NCBI RefSeq assembly: GCF_006345805.1
Contig: NC_042999.1
Span: 96,162,001-96,226,000 of the forward strand
Direction of reading: 5' to 3'
Source: Octopus sinensis
Lineage: Eukaryota
Length of the DNA: 64,000 bases
A program made the translations under genes and the position numbers. Under the pieces are notes generated by a model, which ran no database searches, was not told the DNA's origin, and worked only from the letters and a program-made list of their open reading frames with translations. Below, one piece after another: positions 51,762-64,000 of the stretch (positions are counted from its first letter, which is position 1; each line of letters starts with the position of its first letter).

Positions 51762-52123
51762 TCTTGTTTCAGTCATCTGACTGCAGCCATGCTGGAGCAC
51801 CACCTATGGTCGAGCAAATCAACCGTAGGACTTATTCTTTGTAAGCCTAGTACTTATTATATCAGTCTCTTTTACTGAACTGCTAAGTTACGGGGACGTA
51901 AACACACCAGTATCGGTTGGGGAGACAAACAGACAAATAAGCATATACACACACATACACACGACGGGCTTCTTTCAGTTTCCGTTTACCAAATCCACTC
52001 ACAAGGCTTTGGTTGGCCCGAGGCTATAGAAGACACTTGCCCAAGGTTCCACGCAGTTAGACTGAACCTGGCACCATGTTGTTGGTAAGCAAGCTACTTA
52101 CCACACAGCCACTCTTGCACCTA
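51761..52123 (-). mobile_element. Family-1 SINE, minus strand
   Basis: Reverse complement of 43175-43573. Confidence 0.88.
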
Positions 52124-53164
52124 TAATATATATATATCCCATGATGGTGCCCCAACATGATTGCAGCTTTCGAGCTGAAACTAGTCAAAGAGTTAGTGTT
52201 ATACATATATATGTGTGTATATATAGGTGTGTGTGTATGTATACACACACACATGAATGTATATCATTAATCAGTGTTTACTGAGAGCTGTCATTAGTTT
52301 TAAATTAAGTTTGCCTACTTTGTTCAAAGATTTTATTTTGGGTGGAGAGATAAATTCTAAAATATAATGAAAATTAATTTTTGCAAAATAGAATGATGCA
52401 TTATAAATTATATAATAACATAATGGTTTCTGGGTACTATTGACATTTCATACTCCTATTTTTTTACCATTATTGGAAATATTGATGATGATTTTAATGA
52501 CAGTTTTGCTTCATTATTTTAATTACATTTTTACCTTCTTTATTTACAAAATTGTTGCTGAATTTAATGATTCACATGCAAAACTTTATATCATTATGTG
52601 ACTTTTTGATGTTAAATGTAATTTATTAAATAGGAATCCTACAGCCCAAAGTGTCTCCATCAAATTACATGATTGAACAATATTTTCCAAGAAATATAAA
52701 TTGTTAAAAATGTCAGTTTTTTTTTTTTTTGCTTCCATACAATTTTGATAAACATATGGAACAACTTTGGAACTTTACTCTTGTCACCATAGGTAATACC
52801 AGGAAATATGGCATACATACAATGATTATAATTTAGATTTTATATTTCTTAGAGCTTATTCAAAATGATAAAATAAATATTAATTTTTAAAAGAAAAATA
52901 TTTATTACCTTAAAATAAAGAAAATATTCAAAAAGTTTTAAAAGATTGGTTACAAAATTACTTTCCCTGTCGGTTTTATGCTATGGCAATTTATACACAC
53001 ATGCGCACACAAATGCTTTTTACTCTCTCTTACATATATGTGTGGTACAGTGGATTCTCCTGTCAATTTTGATGTATGACAGTCCAACAGCCAGTTCATA
53101 GACTACCCACACAAATGACTTGTCTTTGGTGGTGAAGTCTTTTGTAGGACCACCCACACATTTC

Positions 53165-53370
53165 AGAAATATTCTGAAATTTTTGGGGAGGAGGGTGCAG
53201 TCAATTAGATCAACCCCAATACGCAACTGGTACTTAATTTATCAATCCCAAAAGAACGAAAGGCAAAGTTGACCTCGGCAGAATTTGAACTCAAAACATA
53301 AAGACAGACTAAATACCGCTAAACATTTCACCCGGCGTGCTAACATTTCTGCCAGCTTACCACCTTACAT
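53165..53370 (-). mobile_element. SINE family 2, minus strand
   Basis: Reverse complement of the 34238 and 35594 copies. Confidence 0.82.
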
Positions 53371-54449
53371 TTCAGAAATATTGATAGTAAAATGCTGGTG
53401 CAAATGTTTGCCAGAAATTCAATGAACAACATAGCTCAGACTTTTCTTTTAGAGTTCTCCATCTCTTAACTTAATTTCCTTCACCATGGCTTAGAGTCCA
53501 ACCCACCTTTGCGGGGTAAATATTCACCTGAGCACCAAACCAGAAATTTCTTAGTTCTCACATATTAGAAAAACTCAACAGGCATCTCATGTCATTTATT
53601 CCCTATGCCATTGTGGTGATTTGCATCTTCAGTAATTGGTGTCCATAGGGCATTTCGATGTAAATCTACAAGGGTTCTTCTGAGGAACACTTAATGGCAT
53701 TATGTTAACACTGAACAAATGGAAAACAATATACTATGATGAAAGAGAGGGTGAAAGGGAAAAATAGGTAAATGGAGATAGAGGAAGAAGGGGAATAGAA
53801 GAAGTCAGAGGGAAAAGAAAGATAATACAAAGAAGGTATGTTCAGGATAATAAGAGTATCAACTTTGGGTAGATTTTAAGGTAAAAATCCTGTAAGTGCC
53901 TTAGAATTTAAATTTCAGCTTTGTTTGTGTACAAAATGTTCTCACATTCCAAAAAACTATTATTTAGCATTGTAAAAAGACAGTATTTGTTATAAGGGGT
54001 CTCTTAGCTTAATGGTACTGAGTGCTGAGCTGGAATTTGTAAGGTACAGGTTTGATGCTCTGTAGAGAATTACTGACCACTTTTTTTCCGTCTTATTATT
54101 GTATTTATCTGATTTTCAAAGCTGTCTTCATAGCCACCCTGCATTCAATAATTCATATATTTTCTGTTGAACACAGACTCACGTAGCTCTTCTAAGTTTC
54201 TTTACATGATATTTGCAATATATCAATTTGTACAGTAGTCATACCTTGTAACTAGTATAGCAGTATTGTCATGAATTGTTACAAAGGTATACACACACAC
54301 ACAATGTGGTTGGTGGAAATCAGTAGAGTCATTTAATATATATTAATATATTTTATATGGGTATACAGGCTGTACATGAGAGATCATACCCAATAACTGG
54401 TATAGCAGCATCATAGTCAACTACTATAAAGGTGATACCTTAGACAGAT

Positions 54450-56560
54450 ATATTTACAGATGTATCAAATTGTTAGATCAGGTGATGAAAGTTACAGAGA
54501 GAGCCATAGCCCAACTAATTAGGACAAGAATTAGCCTAGATGAGATGCAGTTTGGTTTTGTGCCAGGGAGAAGCACCACTGATGCTATATTTCTAGTAAG
54601 CCAGCTGCAGAAGTACCTAGCCAAAGATAAGCCTTTGTACTTGGCTCTTGTTGACATGGAGAATGCCTTTGACAGAGTCCCATGATCCCTTATCTGGTGG
54701 TCAATGTGGAAACTAAGGATAGACAAGTGGTTAGTGAGAGCTGTACAAGTCATGTACAGAGATGCCATCAGTAAGTTGAGGATTGGCAACAAGTATAGCA
54801 ATGAATTCAGGGTACAAGTTGGGGTTCACCAAGGATCAGTCCTGAGCCCCTCCTGTTTATCATAGTCCTCCAGGCAATAACAAAGGAATTTAAGATAGGC
54901 TGCCCATGATATCTCCTCTATGCTGATGACCTTTTTCTCATAACCAAATCACTTCCAAAACTAGAGAAGAAATTTCAGGTGTGGAAGCAAGGTCTAGAAT
55001 CAGCAGGCTTTAGAGTAAATCTAACAAAAACCTAAGTCTTAGTAAGTAGGAAAGTGGACAAATCACAAATCCCCTCTTGTTAGACAGCTTTGCTCAATCT
55101 GTAGAAAAGGCCTAGGCAGAAACTCTATAAGATGTACCCAGTGTAAGCTTTGGACACATAAGAGGTAGAGCAATATCAGAGGAAGGTTTTATGGGAAAAT
55201 AGTTTTTATGTGTGGAAGGTGCACAGGTACAATAAACACTACAAATGTACAGAAAATAGACTCCATCAAATGCTAGTGGGAAAAGCTAGAGGTAGTTAAT
55301 GGCTTCCATTATCTAAGTGACCAAGTCAGTAGTGGAGTGGATGCTCTGAGTGTGTAGCTATAAGAATAGGCTGGGCAAAGTTCAGAGAGCTTCTACTTCT
55401 GTTGGTTACAAAGGATGTTTCCCTCAGAATGAAAGGCAGACTGTATGATGCCTGTGTGCAAACAGCTTTGCTACACAGCAGTGAAACACGCGCTGTGACC
55501 GCTGAGGAAACGTGTAAGCTTGTAAGAAATGAAGCTAGCATGCTTCACTGGATGTACAATGACAGTGTGCATGTACAACAGAATGTAAGCATCTTAAGAG
55601 AAAAGTTGGGCATAAGAGGTATCAGATGTGGTGTGCAAGAGAGACAACTGCGTTGGTATGGTCATGTGATGTGTATGGATGAAGACATTTGTGTAAAGAA
55701 GTGCTGATCTCTGTGAAGGGAACCTGTGGAAGAGGTAGACCCAGGAAGACATGGGATGAGTTGATGAAGCATGCTCTTCAAACATTGGGCCTTATGAAGG
55801 TGATGACAAGTGACAAAGACCTTTGGCAATATGATGTGTGTGAGAATACTCATCAGGCCAAGAGAAATCATAGTTGTGACCATGCCAATATCATGTGAAT
55901 GGCATCTGTGCATCATAGTCATGGTCGCTGCCGGTGCCATGTAAATGACACTCATGCATCATAATCATGGTCATTGATGGTACCATGCAAATGGCACCTG
56001 TGAATCATCTATGCAAATGGCATCCATACTCTGTAGTTGTGGTTATTGATGGTGTCATGTAAATGGCACCTAGGAATCATGGTTGCTAGCAGTGCCATGT
56101 AAATGGCACCCATGAGTCAGGGTCATTGCCAGTGCCATGTAAATACTACCCATGAATCGGAGTCGTGGTCATTGCCAGTGCCATTTAAATGGCACCTGTG
56201 CATCGTAATCATAGTCATTGCCAGTGCCATGTACATGACACCTGTGAATCATTGTTGTGGTCACTGCCGGTGCCATTTAAACAGCACCTGTGCATCATAA
56301 TAGTGGTCATTGCTGGTGCCATTCACACAGCATCCATGAATCATAGTGGTAGTTGTTGCTAGTGTCATGTAAATGGTACCCATGCCAGTGGCACATAAAA
56401 GTACCCATTACCCTCCTGGAGTGGTTAGCATTAGGAAGGGTATCAAGCTGTAGAAACCATGCCAAATCAGAGTGGAACCTTGTGCAGCACTCTGGCTCAT
56501 CAGCTCCAGTCAAACCATCTAACCCATGCCAGTATAGAGAGTAGAAATTAAATGATGGTG
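54450..56560 (+). mobile_element. Decayed 5'-truncated RTE LINE (RT domain to 3' end)
   Basis: DEMQFGFVPGRSTTDAIF, DMENAFDRVP, HQGSVLSP, LYADDL, KGRLYDACV, QLRWYGHV and RGRPRKTW motifs with stops and frameshifts; tandem-repeat 3' UTR. Confidence 0.9.
55900..56385 (+). repeat. Tandem array of about 11 hairpin units (mostly 40-46 bp period) in an RTE 3' UTR
   Basis: Consensus GTGCCAT-GTAA-ATGGCAC at about 55933, 55979, 56051, 56091, 56131, 56177, 56223, 56269, 56315, 56361. Confidence 0.85.
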
Positions 56561-59500
56561 ATGGTATAGGGTAGCTAAGCTGCTTTCAGTTTATATTCCA
56601 GTTCTGCATGTTATAATATGTTTCAGTTCAGTTATTCTGAATAACTAATGACCATATAAGGATATGTTAAGAACTTTGAAAAGTTATTGTATGTATGTCA
56701 TATACTTGCCTGAACAGGAGCAAAAATTTGGAGGTCTCTAACTTTGACTTTCCTGGAAGCTACTTTCCTGGAAACTACTCCCTGTCAAAGCTAGAAAAAT
56801 TGGATATGCTATTTGAAATTAAGACTCAGTGGTCATTGTGGAAACACTTTTGACCATAGTTCAGTCCAGTAGGGAAAGACTTGAAGCTAACCTACAAGTC
56901 ATCTGAATCTGTCACAAGATCAGATGCTTAAAAATTTTGGTACTAATTTTGGAATATAGTGGCAGGGTAATACATATTCCATTTTCAAAGAAAATATGTT
57001 TTCTCTGAGATTGCAGGCCATTACTCTACAATATTGTGTATGGTAGATCAATATACTTTTGTACACTTTTCATCCCAGTTTCTGTAGAAAATAATTTTTG
57101 CAATGAAGTGTTGTGTTTCATTTGACAGTATCAGAGCAACTTGTCAGTCAAATAAGTGAGCTTTTACAAGGTTGCTTACAAGTTAAATGAATATATTTGA
57201 GGCTTCATCAACTGTGTTTGTCATACAGTAAATTATATTACTTTTCTTCTAAGAAAGTGCCAATAACTTTTTTCTTTCAGAAGACTTCCTTTTATTAACT
57301 CTTGCTTTTAGGCAACTTTGTTCTTTTATCTTTGCTGAATATTTCATATTAGTCTTTTGGCAATATTGGGTTTACAACTGTAGCTCATCTTGTCTTCATT
57401 GAATAACACACGATATTCATATTTGCTCAGTAATTGTCTTTTGTTCTATTGCTCATAGAATTCATACTAAATGGTAAATAAAACCTAATAATGTTTCACT
57501 CTCTATTTTCTGTGTGATAGTTATTTATGACTTAATTAAACACTGCAACTTATTCATGCAGACCGTTTCAGTACATTATCCCACATCTGTAAAGCCTCCT
57601 CTGAACATCTGTGTAATGGCAGATGTCATTAACAAAACACAACTTTATGGAAATAAATATAAAATTAGGACTACAATGTCAGAATAAAGGATAAAGTAGT
57701 TCATGAGTATGGTGGGGAGAACAATAATCTTCCCCTAAATTGTGCATGTATGCACATGCACTTGCAAATAGATGCACATTAACATTGTCAGATTTGTCAT
57801 TCACAGATCTGGCCGAATTCATGTTTCATGTTTACCCAGCATGTATCAACTATTCACACTATATGTCCAAACCAAAATGGAATGTTTTGTAACTAAATTA
57901 TTTGACCATTTGTAAAGTAATATCCCATATCTAATTCTAGTAAAAATTTTAATCTCTTCTGCATCACCGTCATACAGTACAATACTTCACACACATGTTT
58001 TCCAAATTTTTATTTGGAACAAAGAGAAATAGCCTATTTTGTCATATAGAAGAAATTCCTTGAATATTAATGATTCATTCTCTAATCAATATACTATTCA
58101 TATAACCACTTGAAATTTTAATATCAACTATTTAACTAGCTACAAATTATGTATTAAGCAGGACTCTTTCCCAGATTCTTATATTCTACCTAGAGATTGA
58201 TACTTTAAGCTTTATCTTCAAAGTCTTAAAATGTTTATCTGTAGTACCTAAAAAATTCTACAATAAGTACCAGATCAATCATCGCCATGTGATGTTTTTT
58301 CAAATTTATTGATTTTCAAATTCCTTTGTGATTGTTACAAGGAGTACAGTTAGAAGATAAGAGTTGATAACGGAATCTGAATGGATACACTAATTCTCAT
58401 AGGAATCACTGCCAATCTGAAACTTGCATATAGAACTCTCATATTTGATCTTAACTCTTTTATATTTGGTATTCGGCCTCACCATTTTTTTACAATAACT
58501 AATGTGGAAGCACAAATGCATACACATGGAATGATGGGGCAAATATTCATATGAGTGAGTTCATATAGATATATAAAGTGTTTGTAAATATTTGCCTTTA
58601 ACTTGGTTTATAAATCTTATTTGGAAATACGATGCAGATTTTGCATGTAATATTCTTTTATTTTCCTTTTTCTGAGATCATATTTCACAAAGGAATTATC
58701 TTGATAATAAAATATACAGAAAACTTATTAATTTCTTTAAAATTTCCTATTAAATAATCTTTTAAATTTTCTGTCATCCCCAAAACAAAACAATGATTTT
58801 TCCTTACTTTAGTTTAAGAAAATAATTCCAGTTATCCTCTTGTTCGCTTTTTTTTTATTTAACTTTGAAGATTTTGGTGAAACTTTTAAATTTCCCACAG
58901 TATACATCTTTTACATGTATCTGTAAATGTTTTGTTTGTTTAAGACATTGCCATGTATACCATGTTAATATTCAAATTTAAGCAAACACTTGTAATATAA
59001 ATATATAAGCACTGTTAGGTGCTAAATAAGTTATTTTTTATGTATTAAAATCTTACCATCATACAATCTAACAAAGCTCTGATTTTTATCATACCAGTAT
59101 ATTTTAATGGCTACTTGGATTGGTATATTTATATGTGTGTATATAATTGTTTTATTATTAATATTTCATCAGTTACATAATATTCACTCTAAATTATTCA
59201 CAACCGATTCTATTTTTTTTAGCATGCACCTGGAGTATGTATAATTCTTTTTTACTCCCTTGTTCACATAAACATGTATATACTACTGCAATATATGCAT
59301 GCATACATCTGTCTACATACATATGTATGTATGTATGTATATGTAAAGTAGCATGCCCCCCTTCTATTATCTTATACTCATGAACTTTAGAGTGAAGTAA
59401 CCTATGGAAAAATAATTAAGGCAAATTAAAAACTACATTTTGTAGAATGCATGAATATGTTTTATCCAATAGAAGTATAATTAGACATGAAGAATCATTA

Positions 59501-61559
59501 AACATATACATACATATCATTGCATATTATTTCATGTAATTTTGATTTCATTTTGCATGCAAATACATGTATACATCTGTTAATTTTGCTATTGCTTTTT
59601 TTTTTTTTTTTTTTCAAAAATTAAATTCATATAATTAACATTTGGTGTATTTAATTGTTTTTATTTTGTGCTAATGAGCCATCAAATGTAAACACAGAAA
59701 TGCTTTTATCTTAAAACAATCATGTACAAAATTAACATACTTGCATAATATTCATTGTTTTGTTTTAATATGTTTTCTATTCTCATTTTTGTATATTTTG
59801 TTTGTTTATTTTGTTGAAAAGTTATTTTGTTCTCTGGCATTGGTTCTCTTTTTATTTTTGCAATCTCTAGAATGAACTTACAGTTTGTATTGTTTTATTA
59901 TCATACATATTGCATAATACATTGATTAGTTCTTATCTTTATGAATTGATTTTAAAATGATTTTGCTACAAATTTCAGCCTTTATTTTATAACTAGATTT
60001 TTAACTGTTAACAGCTTTATTATTATTTTTTTTATAAATGGCAGCTCTAAACACATTTATAAAGAGTGCAACTGCCATTTCCACTTCAAAATAAATCAAA
60101 AGTTGATGTAACCTTTCAAGATGTAGAAGTCACACCTCAATCATGCTCTACTCATATTTAAGTGAAAAGAAGTTTATAATCAGTTTCCTATTTTTCTAAA
60201 GTTATTGAAGTATGGATAAAGAAATTCATCTGAATGAACATTATCGAAATAATAAGCTGATCAGAGGAGGAAAGGCAGACTGAAGAGATAGATACACTAG
60301 ATGTTCAGCAGCCTCAACACCTGTAGGCTAGTGTCTGGTGGAGGATAGAATTCCAGAGTATCTCAAATCTTTAGTGTGGGTCTTGGAGCAGAGACAGAGT
60401 AGTAATAATGAGGAAGTTTATGTATGGAACAAGTGGGCCTAATTGGAGAGACTATTGAAATAGCTAGTTCAGAAACTATTGTAATATCAATAGAAGGATC
60501 AAACAAAAGAAATTACCTGTCTTTGAGATAGTAGTTTAAGCTTGCTAGTGATTGAACCTTTGCCAATCAGCTGAATGTTCTTTTGAATTAGCTTTGCAGA
60601 GGGTTTAGTAACTGATTGATGTAGTTTATGAGATGTGTAGAGTCATCATGAGTAATGAATGTAAGGATTAACCTTTGAGTGTTTTAATTATCTGTTGTTC
60701 ATGACTAGAGAGGGTGTATAATACGGGAATTTTGCTTATAAATGTAGTGATTAAGGCATTTAATTGTTGAAAGAAAATTGACTACTATGTTTCCATTGAA
60801 AGATTCTCTCACTGTTTCTGTTTATGGATTCAGTGTCTGGAATGAACTAGTTAGGCTATGTTTAAATAATACCTGTATGTAGTAGGTTAAGTTTTGGAGA
60901 AGAATATCATTCAACTAATATTGGGTGATAATAGTGGTATATAACTATTTTCATTTTGAAAACACTTTATTAACACATGAATTTTATTCTGTTTCACCTG
61001 TCAATCTAAGAGGTTAATTATTCATTTACAAAAAAGGAAAATGCCTTACAACTTAATGACATTAGTCCAAATGGTCACTTCTAAATTACCTCAAAATCTC
61101 AATGCTGAAATTGATCTAAATTTAATGAACTAACTTAAATTTTTATCATCTTCATTTCACTATGATATTGTATCTATTTTTCACAGATGAAGTCTGAAGC
61201 TAAAAGAAAAGTTTACATGTAAAGATTTGTCAGTAGCTAGTTTTACTTTATGTTCAGGAATGATTTCAACTAAATTGACCTTAACTAACTTTATTTTGTC
61301 ACTTTTTTGAGATTACATTTTTTCCAACTTAGTCTTTTGACAGAGATTATTTCAGAATTTCATCTCTATTCCCATTGATAATAATAGTTAGATAATTGAG
61401 TACCATCACAACTGCAATAGAAACAATTACAATTTTTTAAAATCCAAGCTAAGATTAAATATATAGAATTCAAACAATTATTACTAGTACAATTTTTATG
61501 ATTCAGTCCATTATGAATTGATGATAACAAACAGCCATGCTAAACAATCTATTTATCAG

Positions 61560-62340
61560 ATTTTTTCTACAACTCTTCAGTAATCTGTGAGACATTATTT
61601 AAAAAGTGGTGGAAAATCTTAATTTAGAACCATTCATAAATAAAGCAGAAATTTATTTCATAGAGGAAGAATAGCTACTCATCATCGTTTCATTTGAGCT
61701 TCTGATTTAAATAGTCCTTTTTCTTAAATCTGTGAGGCAAGCTCATCTCCCACTTATGACAAAATAGCTGCTAACAATCAAAGACCAAATACCAGCATTG
61801 TCTCAAAAAAATTCCAAAGTGGGCATAACGTTTTTATTAGCTGATTCAGGTTGTTGAAATTGCACATGTTGGTAGAGTAATTCTTACTTTATGCAAACTT
61901 ATTACTTATCATAGTCCATATCATGAGTAATCCATTTGTGCCATCCTTTAATCTAACTCTTGAATCCTGTTAAAAAATTCTTTAATGCACTGTTGTACCT
62001 ACTTCTTCACAGTCACTTACATTTCATCTGTATCTTCAAATCATTGTTGCCAAAGATTGTCTTTCATTGGATGAAAAGATAGGTATCAGAGGGTACTGAT
62101 CGAAGCAAAGCAGTGGATGGGGTATCATTAACCAACTCAATTTTCCAGTTGTTTTATTTGTTGCCCAAGATGTGTGAGATCATACATTGCCATGATGATA
62201 GTTGATCGTTTTCAGGTTCTTGCTTAGTCTCTTTCTGTTGATGACTTCTCTAAACCTTTTGATGTTTCAGTACACCTATTCTTGTTTGTAGAACAGCTGT
62301 ATTTCTTGTTTGACAAATACTTTATAAGGCTTACTATGTA
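61560..62340 (-). mobile_element. Possible very old RT (Penelope-like) remnant
   Basis: Faint minus-strand motif similarity only. Confidence 0.3.
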
Positions 62341-64000
62341 TATGGATTGTCTGTCTTTTTTGGCAATAACAGTAACCTAGTAAAGAAGCAGCTCTCTCTA
62401 AAGATACAACACATAACTAAAATACAGTTTTATGTGTATAAGCTCTTAAATAAAGGACGTAAGCACTTAGAATTTTCTCATCAATTTGTTATCTAACCAT
62501 TTATATAGAATGTCATACACATGCCTACTTACACACATGTAACCCCACACTCACATACATGGAAGAGTCCTTGATCAGTTATAGGAAAAGAGGATGAAAA
62601 TTGCTACCGAAATTTTAATAATGAAAGTTATTTAGAAAGTATTGGAATTTTCATAATAAATTTGTTTGTAAGTATGCTGAATATGAATTGCTGGGACGAT
62701 AAATATTTTCTCTAATGAGAAAGTCTGTTGCAGAGCTAATTATAAAAGCTATTTAGCTGCTGTAATTGTACCCACTAAATGTTTAATAACAAAGATTAAG
62801 GTGAAACAATGGATTTCTCTCATAGTACTGAACTAAGTAAAATATAGAAGGTTTGATGATTAAACAGTTTAAAGTTAAAATTCTGCTATGACTTACCATT
62901 TAACACTGGACTCATGACATTTCATAATATTCCATAACCATTTAGTTATATTATGTGCTATATGTTTGTTTTAGTATTGTTTTGTTAGAGCTGGATACTC
63001 AAAATTTGTATTCACATGGGATTTCTAATCCATCTGAAGAATAACTGCAGATTTTATTTTAGTCCATCTATTATATCTTTGAGTGCTCTCTAGTTTGATC
63101 TCTTAATAATACAAATTAAATAACATCTAATTTTCAACAGAAATTGGTAAATTTATTATGTTGTTATATACATAATTTAGTAATGGAGCTATTGGAGCAA
63201 AGCCTCTTAATTATACATTAGATGGCTAGGCTGATACATTCTAGTCATTTATTTTCAACTCTAACCCTAAGTTCTCTATAAATAATATATATATAAACAA
63301 AGATTACAAGTTGTCATACAATGGAACAAATATATTTCTCTATTTCTCTTTGAAGATATTTCAGTGTAAGGCATTTAATTTTTGAGGGTGGAGGCAGGTT
63401 GTGTGTATGTTTTTATATATCACATGAAACCTTAACTATAATAAATACAACATTGAATTAATGCAATTCTTTCTAAATGGCAAATGGTTGAAATTGAACT
63501 CTATTCCAAATGTGAGAGAATTTTGTTTTTACTATTGAATATTTTATGCTTTCTATAAAATCTCGAAAAGTATTTCAGAAATATGTTAGAAAGTTCTCAA
63601 TACACAAATCGAAGTTCATTAAATTTTATCATATTCTAGCATGTCCTTCAATTATTTTCTTTTATTAGTTATATTTGTTGTTTTTGTTTGTCAAATATAT
63701 ATGCATTATTTTTGTGTATATGTGTATTCATTGATGTACATGTAGCCTTTGGTGAGTATATATCTACATGCAAACATGCATAGTTAAAGCACTTAAGCTA
63801 CTCATGTATGATATCAAAGAAATGTATTTTGTATCTGTAACTATGTGATGGAATGGAATTTTCTGTTCATACAAAGTAAATAGAGTTGCACTATGAATCA
63901 GGCTCTTAGATTATTTGTAGTTGCTTATTTTCATAAGTATTCTGCTTATGACCTTGCACAGGACAGTTAATGGTATTAGCTGGTCTACCATGACTGAATC

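Noticed and set aside
54000-54080. tRNA-like sequence (also the SINE heads)
   Set aside because: Decayed SINE heads; no complete cloverleaf, so no tRNA gene is called
55900-56385. CRISPR-like repeat-spacer array
   Set aside because: Spacers are homologous to each other, the array is inside a LINE 3' UTR in animal DNA, and no cas genes are present; reported as a tandem hairpin array
60036-60080. Hairpin aaatggcag...ctgccattt
   Set aside because: Too short and imperfect for a pre-miRNA; plausible by chance

Overview
AT-rich, repeat-dense animal genomic DNA. The SINE and RTE families look like those of Octopus/coleoid cephalopods (inference from recognised repeat consensus, not a database search). 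The window lies inside one large + strand gene, a still life (sif)/TIAM1-2-type Rac GEF. Five GT-AG exons (3397-3494, 16904-17047, 22818-23000, 26109-26362, 27121-27259) splice in frame and encode the end of the N-terminal PH domain, the coiled-coil/Ex region and the linker up to the start of the RBD. Upstream exons and the RBD/PDZ/DH exons were not found, so the last intron is probably over 36 kb. The introns hold many mobile elements: three mariners, pogo and piggyBac remnants, a hAT MITE with a perfect TSD, a non-autonomous Helitron, a young CR1 LINE with an open 542-codon RT frame, several RTE LINE pieces, Penelope-like remnants, tRNA-derived SINEs and many microsatellites. Best second-look items: (1) a complete minimal type I hammerhead ribozyme fold with a compensatory U3-A8 core on the minus strand at 16048-16095; (2) a Penelope-like inverted-repeat element with a degenerate long-stem-II hammerhead, whose right arm is split by the CR1 LINE; (3) variable tandem hairpin arrays in RTE 3' UTRs; (4) candidate frame-preserving cassette exons.
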